The translations under genes and the position numbers were made by a program. A stretch of DNA of 64,000 bases from the NCBI RefSeq assembly GCF_964355755.1, contig NC_092672.1, positions 37,082,437 to 37,146,436 on the forward strand, read 5' to 3'. Positions 12,551 to 27,500 of the stretch are shown here, piece by piece. The notes under the pieces are model-generated. The model was not told the origin of the DNA. It was given only the letters and a program-made list of their open reading frames with translations, and did no database searches. Positions within the stretch are counted from its first letter, which is position 1, and the number at the start of each line of letters is the position of its first letter. This DNA comes from Antedon mediterranea. Its lineage: Eukaryota > Animalia > Echinodermata.

Positions 12551-15500
12551 ATATATATATATATATATATACATATATTCGCAAAATGGTAAGTTGACAA
12601 CAATGGAAAAACTGGTCTCAAGATGTCTTCGGTACTGGTAAATGACACATTTCGCTTATTAAGTGTGCATCAACTCCTTAGCATAGATTGTTACTGGTGA
12701 TGGTAAAGATATTTAAAAAAAAAATATGTATTGTTGTCATATTTATTACAAATTTTACAATAATTATTTGAACAATCAGCAGATTGTGCCACACGCTTAG
12801 AAATAGAGGTGATGATAATACTTACTTATTATATAAAACGAAGTCAGGTCTCCACAGTTCGTCGATTGGTATTCTAATTGTTTCTAGGCCTTCGTAATCA
12901 TCAGGATCCCATGTTAATTTAAAATCATGCCACTCCTATCATAATATAATCATTATTACAATCAATATAAATCAATAATCGATAAGGACGTTTATTTCAC
13001 TACATCATTTTGTCTTTTTTCACCATCGTCAAGTTTTGAATCATTTAAAAATTGTCACCCAATAAATAATAACAAATATAATGTATAAATGTACCATTTA
13101 CCTGTTTTACCCAGACACTGGTTACCAATATTTGATTTTTTTCATCCTATAAAAACAATATATTAACAGTTACCACAATGGAAAAAAACCAACATTACGA
13201 ACATGATATGATACGCAACATCGATTTACAGCTACATATCATGCTCTAATTCATGTCGTCATTATTGTTGTTCCCACTTGAACCTAACACAAGGTTGTAC
13301 GCGCAACGCAAGTTAGTTGACCAATCACAATCGACAGTTAGGATGATCCATTGTATCGTGATTGGTCAAATTACTTTATTTCCAAATGGATAGTAAGCTT
13401 AGTTATTTGAAATGTACATATAAAAATATAAATGTAACTCACCACATCGATGAGTTGTGAAATTGAGACACCGAATTTAACAATGACCGGGTCAGTAAAA
13501 TTCTCTACTGGCCGGATTAGCTTTTCGTATCCTCTCATTAAATCGTTATATAATTTTTCGGCACTTTTTGACCCAAAACATCCTGAAATTAAAGCAAAGT
13601 TAAATTAAAAGTATGACGTAATATATAATCATGGATGCATGCATTAATAGTTTTGGAATGGTGGATGTTAGTGTATATGGTAATAATTGTAAATTTTTAT
13701 ACGACCAGTTCTCTCTCAATCTCCATCAAATAAAATCGCAACGCCAAGATCTACGTGCATGGCAACGTAAGGACCTGTGCGCAACAATGCAGTTCGATGA
13801 TGACGTCACTTGTAATTTGTCAAATGATTTGCGCTGTACGTGTGAATCGTACGTTGTATCCCAGAGAACCAATCTTAATTGTTACAGTTATCAAGAATAA
13901 TAAATACGGGTTTAAAAAAGATTTAGATAGAAATAATAATATTAAATTTACTGTACGTATATCAGATTAACCATTAGCATCTGTATACTTAACTTAGTAA
14001 ATCTATATTTAGACAATTACATCATGCATGCCTTTCTCACTCGAGAACTTTATATTTCTTTTCTGAACATAATGTATCAAACATGTTAAACGTCAATTGT
14101 GGTAATGTGTGTCGGGTTAAGAATTCAAATATTTGCTTTAGTTAAAACGTATGATCACACAAGTTCATGTAGGTTATAATATGTGCTCATTATTTAAAGC
14201 AATATCACATTTCTGAATGCTGAGGTCAGTGGAATGTATTAGATGTGAATGTTTTAAGAACATGATAATTTATACAATCATCAATCGATAAGCTATCGTA
14301 GCAACTTGTTTTCGAAATTTATTTTGCATTTTGATACTTTAACTAAACTGCTTACCGGTGCATTTCTGTTTAGAATGGTATATAACATATTTAAGCCTAT
14401 TAGTGCTATTCATGTTGTAGAATATACTTAATGAGAGGCAACCTACAAGCACAAACAAAGGAATTAATATATTAATTCAACCATATTTAATTTGATAATT
14501 TTCTTTAGATATTTTGTTGACAGAAACAACCAAAATTCACAAACATTTTATATTCCAACGAATTCAATCATTTTATCCTCCTCATTCTGTTGTTTGCTTT
14601 TGTCTTTCTTTCTTTTGTGCAAATTATTTGGGAAATTTGTCTTTCTACTCGATACATCAAACGTTATACTATTATTATTATTATTTTGGCTTAAACTTCA
14701 TTTTCCAGGAACATTGCTACAAAGAAATTGATAACTCCATACCATGTATTTTTTCTTCTTTTTTTTGTGCAAATTATTTGTGATGTAAAAAAGGATATTT
14801 TTCTTTCTACTTGATACATCAGACGTATTATTTTGGTTTAAAATTCATTTTTCCAGGAACATTGCTACAAAGAAATTGATAACTCCATATCAATTTGATT
14901 TTTTTCTTTTAGAATGAAGTAGTTGTGTCAGATGTGGTTAGCAAACGTAAAAAGACCTGCAGCAATGTTTCCATTTGTAAATCATGATTTTCTTTTATCA
15001 TTAATAATTACATGATAGATACATTGTTAGTTTTAATTTAATCATTATTAATCAGTTTTCTGTAGTAGGTAAAACTGCTATAACGTATAGCCAAGTGTTT
15101 GTACATTCTTAAACAATGATGTAAGATGCTTAAGAGAATATTAACAATAAGTCAATTTTTACAATATACCATAATTCTATAATAATAATACCGTTATTTT
15201 ATTAGATTTTGTCATGTCTGACGGCTCGTGACTGCAATTATAGATCGCCAAATTGCTATAATACAATAATAGCAACAAAAAATATTGGACACATTCCATT
15301 CAGGGGAAGTTATGTACCCAGGAAAATTATATCGCGTTAAATTTGTTGGTTTCTATGAATAAAATTAGACGCTGGTGGCAATAAAGACATCATCATATGC
15401 CTTATTAGGAATAAAACTTGAATGATGTAAATAAACATCAAAAACACACATATTTATAGTCATGAGTTTAAGGCTTAACTAAAATGGTTATCGTCGAAAT

Positions 15501-18500
15501 CGAGACATCGCCATTTTATCGGATCGTAACGATCACAAACTGAAATTAGTTATGACGTAGAGAACTCCATAAACCTTTTAGAGGAGGCGGGTTTATAAGA
15601 CAATATAGACACGTGCTTATTATATTTATATTATATAACGGCTGCTGCATAAACAAGAAAGGGTCAATGAAGCTGTGGTGGCGTTTTGTTTGCGTGCATC
15701 ACATTAACCTTCAATGCCCCTTGTACTGTTAGTGCTCTTATACACAAATCTGCTATTTAAAGCAGCTAAAATATTATTATCTAGCATCTTTAAACGCATT
15801 GCATTCACGAATTAATAACACCATGGGGTATGAGTGTGTCTCGCACTTTCTGCTTCAAAAACCAAAGTTTTCCTTCCAAAACATGCAAATATTTTGGTGT
15901 GTTTTCACATTAACTATTACTTTTTTTATTGGAAATCGGACGAAGATGAGAGGAATTCAAATTCACATCGTTGTTGCACGGACAATTTAGTGTAGTTATG
16001 CGAGATGATTAGAACATGGAATGAACGTATGTTGGCCGAACCGTAGAACTGTGATTAAGATGAAATAATAAGTCAGTAAGAAGGATTTTAATCTGTCATA
16101 TAACAACATAACTTGTTGGATATTGCTTTAATGATCGGAATAACTGTCTCTTTCGAGTTATAGTGACTTTTGTTGCATTTGTTTTTCTAAGTTTTGTTTT
16201 ATCTGTTTGTTCTGTTATTAATTGTTTGTGTTAGTCAAATAATTTTATAAATAAATATGAATTCTCTGAATAATAAACAGTTTGGTAAGGTAATCAAACC
16301 GATATATATCTGTACATTTGCGTACGGTTTTTGGGCCACATTTCATAAATTTTAAAGTTGAGTTAATACTTTTGTGTGTGGATCCTTTTGCATCAGTTCA
16401 TTACGAAGCTAATAATGGGATTGTGCGCAGGTAAAACACGTCAGAGCCGAAATGTGAAAAAAAGTATCATACGATATTATATATGAAGATTATTAGAAAA
16501 TCAGCATGTAATTGCAGGTAACACACAGATTGGAATTGATAATCCCACTGGATGGAAGAACACCATACTACGTCATGCGTTTCGTTCTGCTGCTTAACTG
16601 AACAAAATCGACCTTCTTTCGTTTCATACATTTTGACAGAACCTCGATTAAAAATACGTCGACATTCTTAAAATCGTAAGGCCTTCGTAATTCTAATTTA
16701 GACATACATTTGTATATGTTGCAGAGGCTTCTCGAGACTAAAGGCTGTGCCTTGTGAGGAGCCTCTGGGTGAAATATTGAATTAAAAAAAATAAAAATAA
16801 TAATTAAATATTAATACAATAATAATGTATGATTGAAAAACTCAACCATTATTTTCCACCCAAGCCACACAAAAAACACTAATTTACGATAGAGACTTAC
16901 AAAGTATAGAATATTATTGTAGTTAAAAGATTAAGAGTTACACAATGATAAGTCGTTAAGTATTTTTCTTTTATTGTCTTCATAAAAACAAAATTGATTA
17001 TTTTGTTTCGTCAAGGTCCATTGTTTGTTGTTGTCAATGTTTATGTAGGCCGAACGATCGATATGGTGATACTTTATAAAAAAAAACTGTTGAATATATT
17101 TATTTATTTTATTTATTTTATAAAAAAAAAACTGTTGAATATATGAATTTAGGGTCATAGCAGCAGTAGTATTTGTATACTGGTTAATTATAACTTTTTT
17201 TAAATGTTAAACTGGGTCTAGGCCTATATATTAACCTGTCTCACCTTGTTTAAAGAGTATTATATCTTCAAGATGATGAAGAATGAATGTTTATGTTACG
17301 TTCTTGTTTTTATGTATACAGAACGTTATAAATATTGAGAAATATTATATAGGATTTACATAATTCCTTTACATTTTATGTTTTATATTAACGATAATTG
17401 TTAATAGTTGATATGAAATAAGTCTAAATAAAAATGTATTCGTTTAATTATTTAACATAAAGTCGGGGAATTCTCAAACAAATCAGTGAAGTTCTATGAC
17501 TCACAAGTCCCAGCATACAAATTACCAACATTGTAAATTAAAACAACCAAGGTTTCACAAGGAAATGTGTTTGAATACTTTACGTTATACATAAGCCTAT
17601 ATGACAACTATGGATTGAGCAAACTGGTGTTTCTCTAAACACGATCCCTGATGAGTTATTGTGAGTGATAAACAAGAGATACTTTGATGCATCTTATATC
17701 TATACAATTGAAGCTTGCCATTAAGAATCCTAGGTGACAAACAAAACGTACGCTTACGTTGCGTTTGATAGATGCTTAGCGTGCTTTAATCACCGTTCGT
17801 AATTACTTACAAGGGCTTAGAGATGACCAAACGTAGCGTAATAATATATCAAACAACATCATGATGGCCGACGACAAGTTAGTATTCTCTTATTTGTACT
17901 CAACTCTTGTCAAACTTAAGTGCTTCTCGCCATTCTATTATGAAGCTGTTCGGGTGTTGGCATTCGTAGGACATCAATTAGACAGCTGTGTGTACTATAG
18001 TATAATGCCATGATCCAACATTGATAAATATTGACACTTTATTTTAAAATTAAATAAATTAATTTAAATATGTCTCTGTTCCGTACACATTATTGTCATT
18101 TCTGTTAATGTTCTTATGTCATTTTGTCTATCTAGTTGATTAGTAAAGACTACGGTAATACTGAGGTATTGTGCATTTAAGTATCCTCTGCTAGGCCTAA
18201 TTAGTATATTATATATAGGCAAAGCCAGTTTTCAATTAAAATACTATTTTGAAAGGTCATATGTCTCAGAGTTCCTTAATTAGTTATATTTGAAATATGG
18301 ATTCTTGACAGATCATTTTGATGTGCGGCATCAGTTGTCAAACACAGTTCTAAAGATGGTATTTTAACGGATACCGTATTTCATAAAGGGGTTGACGCTG
18401 TTAATTCTTATCTCCATGATACATATCATCACCTTGATTCAAAAAGAAATTATGTACGGTCTATATTTTTCGATTTCTCCAGTGCTTTTAATACTATTTT

Positions 18501-21500
18501 ACCACATGTTTTAATTGATAGATTATTAAGTTTTAATGTCTCACCTCAGCTCGCCAAAGTTATATATAGTTTTTTGATTAATAGACCGCAAATGGTTAAG
18601 TGCAATGGTATCCTATCCAACAAAGAATCTATCAGTGTTGGAGCTCCTCAAGGATGTGTTGTTTCTCCAATTTTGTTCTCTTTTTATTCAAGTAGTTTTA
18701 ATATTTTAAGTAAAGATTGCAATATTGTAAAATACGCTGACGATACAATATTATGAAAGACCCCACTCATCCGTTACATTACTGTTATAACTTAAATAGA
18801 TCAGGTATTAGGCTACGACCTCCAAGAGCAAATCTTTGTAGAACTAGAAAATCCTTCCTTGTAAATAGCATTCATATTTTTAATTCTAATGTACAGTAAG
18901 ACGATAATGCAATTTTTAAATAGTTTTACATTTTTAACAGTATTTTTAACTTTTTATCTTGTATTTTTAATCTGTTATAATACTGCACGTTTTAATTTGT
19001 TGCAATATTGTTGTTTTAATCTACCAAGCAAAGTGAATTTCCATTTTTATGGACAAATAAAATTTCTTGAATCTTGAATCTTGAATCTTTCGTTATATGT
19101 ATATTTATAAAAACACATTTATTTGAATTTTCTGCATAATGCCTGTGTATATTGTATTTGGTTAGGAAGTTGCGTTACGTTGTAGGCTGTAAACGCATAA
19201 ATAACGAAGTTAACGCGTTTAAGAATAATGCGAACGCACTTTGTTTGTTCTAATAAATTGTGTTACTGTACTAGTTTGAGAAAAAAAGTGTGATGTGCCC
19301 AAATATGGTAGGGATATGACGTCACTTTTTCACATTAAGTTTGGTAGTGTGGACAGGGCTTGAAGAGTACTAGTTGTACGTACACATCCAAAGTTGATGT
19401 GTTTGAGCGTAACACAAACGGATGTGTTAGTTCGAGTAAGTTGATTTACCGGTAATAAGTATGTAGAGCTCTGTGTACACTATCAAACTAGTTTGACAAA
19501 AAAGTGCGATGTGTGAAATGCCCAAATACTGTATTGATTGATTGATTGATTGTATGGTAATCATCCATATATGGGCACATCACATTTTGTTTGTCACATA
19601 ACGTTTGATAGTGTGGACAGAGCCTAATGCTTGAATGTAATTAACGCTTTAATCAGTGTGGCTCAGCCAATATGATGATATACGACTAAAGATACGATAC
19701 GATAAGCCTTCACAACAACAAATTATCATTATAACACATTGACTAGTAATTTGTAGAAAGTTGTCGTTGATAGGTTTAATGAATTGTTTCTGGTACGATG
19801 CTGATACCACACTGGCTTTCGTCACTTGCTATCCGTGATTTGTTTTCACAACATAATTACAAGTTCCATTCTAATTGTGAATACTATATAGATTGAATTC
19901 GTTGATAAGGAAGCGAGCAATTAAACTTGGTTATTTTTTTTCTCTTCTCGGGATAAATCATTAAGTAGCATACTGTGAATTGCTAACGATATTACAAATG
20001 CGTATAAGTCTACCCTGACAAGGTGTATCTACAAAGTAGGCCTAAGCTACAATCACATAAAACGAAATTAGCTATTTTCAACCATAAGCAAATATATTAA
20101 TTACGCTAAATTTCTAAAACGATCACAGCCTTAATTATGAAAAATGTGTATTGAACAAAAAAGCGCCAATTAACCGTGTTGCGTCATACGAGGTTAGCAA
20201 ATACTTGCATCAGTTCCCGTGAAATTAAAATATATTTATTATTTGTAACACTTAATGCAGACGAAATAATTTTAAACTTTACAAAAAACCACTTTAACGG
20301 AGGCCAGAAATAATTAACATTACCAGAACGATAATTTCTGAGACAGTTAATCACCGTGCGCCCTGTAGGAATATTTTATGACTACCCTGAAAATCAATCC
20401 TAATTATTGTTTCATTCTATTGGCACTCACGAGAATGCAACAGCCTAGAGTTAAATACTTGGTAATTGAATTAGTCAGAGAACCTGCACGAAACACACGT
20501 TCTTTTGTGCCTTTTGAATGGGAGATGGTGCCACTGTTGCGAGGACACCATGCGAGTTAATTTATTAAGGTATAATTCACACAATTATTGTTATTACATT
20601 GTACGCGAGAGTCCACGCCATTTCATGTCAGTCATCATCAGTTCTCTGATACTTTTTTCAACACGTGGATACATTGAACGAAGGAGCCTATAATAACGTG
20701 ACGAAACGCGAAGGGGCGATCCGGTAACGTGATGAATAGCTTAGAATGACGTTATCGTAACGAAGCGCGAAGTGGCGATCTGATAACACGATGGATAGCG
20801 TAGAGTGACGATATCGTAACGAAGCGCGTAGCGGCGATCCGATAACGTGATCAATATCGTGATGTAGCGAGTGTGGCAATCCTTTATCTTATTAGTTAAT
20901 AACTTAACTTAACGTTAATGTGAATGCATTAGTGTATGCCACTTACCATCCCCACCCCTACCTATTTCTTAACTTGTTATTTTGAAAGAAAGAAAATCAC
21001 GTTTTATCCAGTAACTTAAATCAAAATTGACTTGGACGCTCTTATTCTTAGTTAGACACACTCGTGTTTCTTTGACGGGCTTGTTTCACATTAGCGGTGC
21101 TTAGAATATTGTCAGAAAAAAATCGTGAATGATGAGAACAGACGACAGCTGATACCCGCGCGAACATTAATATTTTCCATTATCGTGTAAATGTATGCTG
21201 TAACGTTTAATCATCAATCTTACATTCCATAAATTCCTTTCATCAGGAAAAGAAAAAAAAAATCTTAATTTGATATTTTCCTGTTTAACACGACGCATGA
21301 ATTCGATGACGTAATGGTTTCAAATTGACCTATAAAAATGGTTGGGTCAACGAATTTTATTTTATAAAATTAAATACATTTAATTTTTTTTTTTAATATA
21401 ATTATAAGATGGCGCGTTTTGCGAGCTTGTTATTCGATACATGTTCTTACAAGAGAATCTACTTTGTACTTAGTTTGTTCTTAAGAATAATATTTACGTA

Positions 21501-24500
21501 CTAAAAGCTTTTAACATTGTAGGCCTAAAGTCACTCTCAACATGTTAAGTTTATTCAATGACAAATATTCGATTATACGAATAATAACAAGATTGAAGCC
21601 AACCAAATAACAGAAATAGGTTATTTGTTACATTATACCAAACGAACATCAACTTTAATACCATTCGTTCAAGAAAAGAAAGTTCTCTCTATGCCATAAC
21701 AATCTTACTAAAAGGAGGTAATACGGAAATTAATAAATGTAAAAATGGTACTAATGAATTGTAACGACATTTAGAATTAACAAAAATGTATTAAATAATA
21801 TGATTTTATGTAATGACATGAGATAATATGAATGTGAATAAAAGTGAGTGGTGTTTGCGCCACATAAGAGAAAACAAATCTTACCGGTAATTCCTAATTG
21901 TGACTGTCAGTGTCACTCAAGCTTTTAGCTTATTTAACTTTGAAAGGTAAACACTTTTTTTTTCAATGTGTTTTACCAAAAAATTAGTAATGTTCAAAAT
22001 GTCGTTTGAAAATTTGAAATGTTATGCAGTCAGTCATTATATTAGCGTAGACATTATTTCTTAGTGAAGGACTTTGCATATTAATTACACTAACATCAGT
22101 TAAATACAATAGTTTAGAATATCTAAAGCTCTGTCTACACTATCAAACTTTATACTTGGACAATTTTGAAATATTTTAGAATTATATTTAGGCCTAAAGC
22201 TCTGTCTACACTATCAAACTTTATACTTGGACAATTTTGAAATATTTTAGAATTATATTTAGGCCTAAAGCTCTGTCTACACTATCAAACTTCATACTTG
22301 GACAATTTTGAAATATTTTAGAATTATATTTAGGCCTAAAGCTCTGTCTACACTATCAAACTTTATACTTGGACAATTTTGAAATATTTCAGAATTATAT
22401 TTAGGCCTAAAGCTCTGTCTACACTATCAAACTTCATACTTGGACAATTTTGAAATATTTCAGAATTATATTTAGGCCTAAAGCTCTGTCTACACTATCA
22501 AACTTTATACTTGGACAATTTTGAAATATTTAGCGAATATCTAACACTAACGTTTGTCAAACTCAACCACTGTATCTGAAAGATACAAGAATGTTTATCT
22601 CTTTGGTATGATGTATTACTAAATAACAGAAGTTTCAAAAGTAAGATGCACCTCTTCACGTGACGTCAGCTTCCGTCCTGGATGTAAATGGTGACGAAAG
22701 AGCAGATATGATTTTGTTAATGGACGTGAAATACATTTCGATCATCAACCACACAAGATGAGACAGCAACGACACTGATTAGTTCTGGTCATTAGTAGTT
22801 TGACCATATCGATTACACTCTCACAGACCTAATATCAACGTCAATTAACTTAATTGCAAAAGGTTGATAGAATTGATGCGCGTGTAAGAACGTTGATGTG
22901 ACTGTTGTCTGAATCATGTATCACTCTTCATGTTGTTAATGTGTCACTGATGTGACATCTTTACTGAGAATGAGAAGACAACATGGCGTTGTGAGGTGAA
23001 CATTCTGTCTTGTGGTTGTGTTTACATTTACATTAATTACTAAATGACATCTTTACTTAGAATGTAACTCTTCATGTATTTCCAGGGCAGGCAGTACAAC
23101 ATAGCGTTGTGAAGTGAACATTCTGTCTTGTGGTTGTGTTTCCATTTACATCAATTACTAAATTACATCTTTACTTAGAATGTAACTCTTCATGTATTTC
23201 CAGGGCAGTACAACATAGCGTTTTGATGTGAATATTCTGAATAATGGTTGCGTACCTTTACATTAATTACTTGAAGGAAAAAAAAACAATAACAATCTCC
23301 TCAAACATTAACTTGATTAAAACAGCTGGTTCAAGTAGGCTCTTTAGACTTGATTATTCTGACAGTAGGACGTGAGCCAATTAAGTATAATCCTACAATC
23401 TAGATCAAACTACATTGTACATACAAATCCAATATAACTAATTATAGATTACATTTATTTAAATGATGTGTTTTATATATTATATGTATTTATATATCCA
23501 ATATTTTTGTTTTGTCAATGGGTTTTACGTGACAAGTTTTACTTCTTGTAAAATCCTCTATAATGGTGTTTCCTCTTTATTTAATTTGTTATTGTTATTT
23601 TCTATGCACCATTAATATAAATAAATGTTTATGAAATGAAATACCAAAAAGAGATACGAACATCTTTTAATCCAATCCAATACAACTTTTTTTAGGAGAA
23701 AAAACAGCAATCTAGGAATGGAACTAGGCCTAATATATGAAATAAGGAAGATACAAAATACTATTTTGTTTAAATTAATGTTTTAATCTTTTTTACCAAT
23801 TTTGTTTCTTATTACTTTAAACCAATCACGTTTTTCCTTCTCCAGTTTGTACCAAATTGATCGATGGATTTAGGAAATAGATCGCTGAAATGAAATTGAT
23901 GGTGATGTATTAGCATTCTGATCAATAATATTAATAGGTCATCATCTAACGAACTGGGTTATCCTTGTTACTGGTCAATGTGTAACAAGCATGTCAGTCA
24001 AATCGATCGCTTATTACTGCACCTGTCAATATCCCGGATATCGTGTCAACTAACTTTAAACTTTTCTTTTTTTGCAGATTTGTTTGGAAAAATATATCAA
24101 CTGTTAAATTCCTACAAAAGTCATTGGGCCTTGAGGTTGGTTTATAATTTTCATTTAATAATTAAAATGGTCATTTTATAATTTCTTTCGTAAATGTTGT
24201 TTGAAAGTTTGTATGGCGAAATCAAATATTGATATAAAGTTTGCGGTACACCATGTGCATTAGTTCTGAAAAGAAATATTGAGTTTCTCGAATTTTCAAT
24301 CAATATGCCTTTATGATCCTCTTAAGTGAGAATGCAGAAAGTCCAGGGAATATAAGTGAAATAGGGTTTTACTGGCGTGAAAGCTAAAAACCTTTTGTAA
24401 AGTAAAATAATAATTGTTTACTGTTTATATAGTGTTACGATCATAGCCTGCAGGCCAATTTGTAAAGACAAGCGGTAACGGTAATAAAACTATAGAATCT

Positions 24501-27500
24501 ATGTTTTTATTCCTTATGACCAACATACGACGCGGAGCGGACGGACGGTTTCCACCCAGGATAGATACAGATTTTACGTAGGGCAAGATACGCGGTTTCC
24601 GTTACCGTTCGTCTGTGTAAATTGGCCTTACTGCAGTTCCTTTTAGACAAATCCTGTCCATAAATTACTTGGCCAATAATTATTATGTGATCCCGCGTGA
24701 ATGCGTTCAAATCAGTACACCCATTAAGATGATACCGATGGGGTACTTATCCATGATTGCTTCATTTAACCTCATTTAAATAGCAAATTTCTGCCTGACG
24801 CCGCTTAAAAACAAACATATATAACGAACGCATTCATACGTCTTAAGGATAAAAATTAAAAGAACAGTTGGCACTTTTATCAGACGTGTTTATGATTCGG
24901 ATAAGTAATGGACATTTTGAAAATTATAAGCAGGAGAGTATTACCAATCAAATGGTTATAAGAAATGGAGTATGTCTTGCCGTTTAAATAGAGCATGCAT
25001 CTCCGTCGTTTAAATAGTGTGTATGGTCTCCGTTTAAATAGAGTATGCTTCTCTGCATCAGATAATGAGTTTGTTAATATCAATTGTTTGGATTGTGTTT
25101 CCTATACAATTAAACAGTCACTTATATCATAGAGATGTTATAGTCACTATAACATCTCTATGTAGACGTTGAATAGATAATTTTGTATTAGGCCTATAAT
25201 TGTTATTAAGTGTTGTTTTGGAGTTTGTGTAAAAGATTTACATATAGGCCTATCATTTTAATACTCTTTCCATAACATAATGATCACGTTGTATATTATA
25301 AATTTTTTATGGAATACAACAAAAATATTGATTGATCAAAAGATAAATAAAAAGACATGCAGACGAAAGGAAACATTTTACGCTTTTCGTCGAAAGCAAT
25401 AATTGTATGTACTGTACAAGCTAAAATCTAATATACACTGTTACAATGGATTAAAGTAAATAATGTTAGAATTCGATCGTTATGTAAACAAACAGCTCGT
25501 AGGAAAGCTCAATCAGAATACAATTGTATTTCTGCCAGCAAATCATGCCAATAGTGCAGCATTATTAGAAAGAAACTTGACACGGAACATGCGTTATATT
25601 TAGTCATGGTATACGCACCATATGTTACGAGCACATCTTTTTTGGCGTACGCGCAATACAATTGTCATTTTAACATTTTTCGTATTCTATTTTTATTTTA
25701 GAGTAAAAAATGCAGGATTATTAGAAAGAAACTTGACCTCAATTGACACAGAACATGCGTTATATTTTTTCATGGTGACGTGTACGCGCTATTTGTTACG
25801 AGCACATCTTTTTGTCCTGTACCCTAATTAGAGTATAAACAAAAATGTGATTAGAGAACAGAAAATGCTTGTCATTTTAATCTATTCCGTAGTTTCAAAG
25901 CCTTTTAAGCATAAATTATTGAGAACCGTGCCTTATAGTATTAAAATATTATATATAGTATACATATAGTTTGTGGCGCCATAGATCGCGTTTGGCGCCA
26001 CAAACTATATGAAGAAATGTTAGAAGCTCTGATCATTCTTGTGGCAAATTGTAAATTTAACGTGTTGCTATACTTATAATTAGAACAGACTTTATTGGTT
26101 AAAGTCCGATCGAAACTAGCTCGTTAAGTTGAGATGCAATACGTAACTTAACTCTTGTAATCTTCCACTCTGTCCACCGATGTATATGGAGTAAAGAGTT
26201 CGACCAAGTAACTAATATTATAATTACTTGCTATGTTATACTATGAAATGCAATTAAAATAGTTATGTTTTGAAATTTATGATTCCATATTATTTAGATA
26301 GGACTTCATGTCAGACGTTGGCTTATAGAGGCATTTTCATATTTTATTCCACCGCAGCAGTGTAACACAAATTAATGGTTTATTGAAGAAGAGTATAAAA
26401 CACTTTTGGACTATCATGCGCTTTGTATTATAGGGAAGGGTGGCAGTTGTGAAGTAATAATTATTAGTAATTTTCATTTCATATTCATATTTCTTTGATT
26501 TAGAGGACATTAAATCATGGTCCTCTCAATAGGGTAGTACTACGTGGTCCTCTTAATAGGAGAGTTCTACTGTATAAACCTAATATCGCATACATACAGT
26601 TATGTAACAATGTACGAGCGCGTGCTATATTGTAAATTACGCGGCCAATTCTAACCAATCACAAGACCAAGCGGCCATTTAGGACGTCGATACAAAATAT
26701 AAAACATACAAGGTCAAATGTAACGTTACAAAATCAATCATTACCGTTTTATATGATGCTATTTTAGTAGCAAACATTCAAGGACTTGTTATACGACTTG
26801 TACAAGGTACGACACCTTCTTATTGTCGAGGCCTAAACGTTTATTATATTTTGTTACATAGGCCTACAGTTTGATTAGCAATATTGTGTACGCAGTTGAT
26901 ATTGATCGTGTCATAGTGGCTCTTTTGTTTCCGATCATTCAGCTAAGATGATGTCTATTGAAATGCTCTTCTTGTAAATTTCAATTCTCTAGATCAATCG
27001 GGAGTTATTGTGTTGTGTGTAACTTTCAAGCTTAATTGTCTTATACAATTATTAATTAAAATATTAAGTAATGTAGAACCGTGGTGTCTAAATATTGTGC
27101 AATTGGCCAGCAAGAATTGATGCTGACCGTGTCTAGTATTTATATTACTTATCATTGACTATACTATCATATTCGTGCGCATACACTTGCGCATCATACA
27201 TTTACGGGTCTATAGCTTTTATACTATAGAACCGCATATTTACATCTGATTCTCTGTACTGTATACCAACATATGGCATAATTTTGTCCAGTATCAGGCA
27301 AATTCTGTCACATGTGTATTGTTAGGCTTATGATCTATATAATACAGGTGTCACATGTGATACATATGTACTACTGTATATATACTTTTCCTATGATACT
27401 GAAAAAATAATTATAGTATCGAGAATTGGTATTCATACGTCTATATGGATTTTGCTGGAACCGTAATTAGTTTGCAGCGTATTCGCCATGACTAATTTTT

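Noticed and set aside
12456-12574. N-terminal MYIYIY... extension of the 382-aa ORF
   Set aside because: Intronic (AT)n microsatellite; the true exon starts at the acceptor at 12455.
14356-14413. Closer phase-1 candidate for gene A exon 1 ([20 protein letters not shown]|gtaag)
   Set aside because: Open and in phase, but it has no hydrophobic signal-peptide core and its size (58 nt) does not match paralog B. It cannot be excluded as a minor alternative exon.
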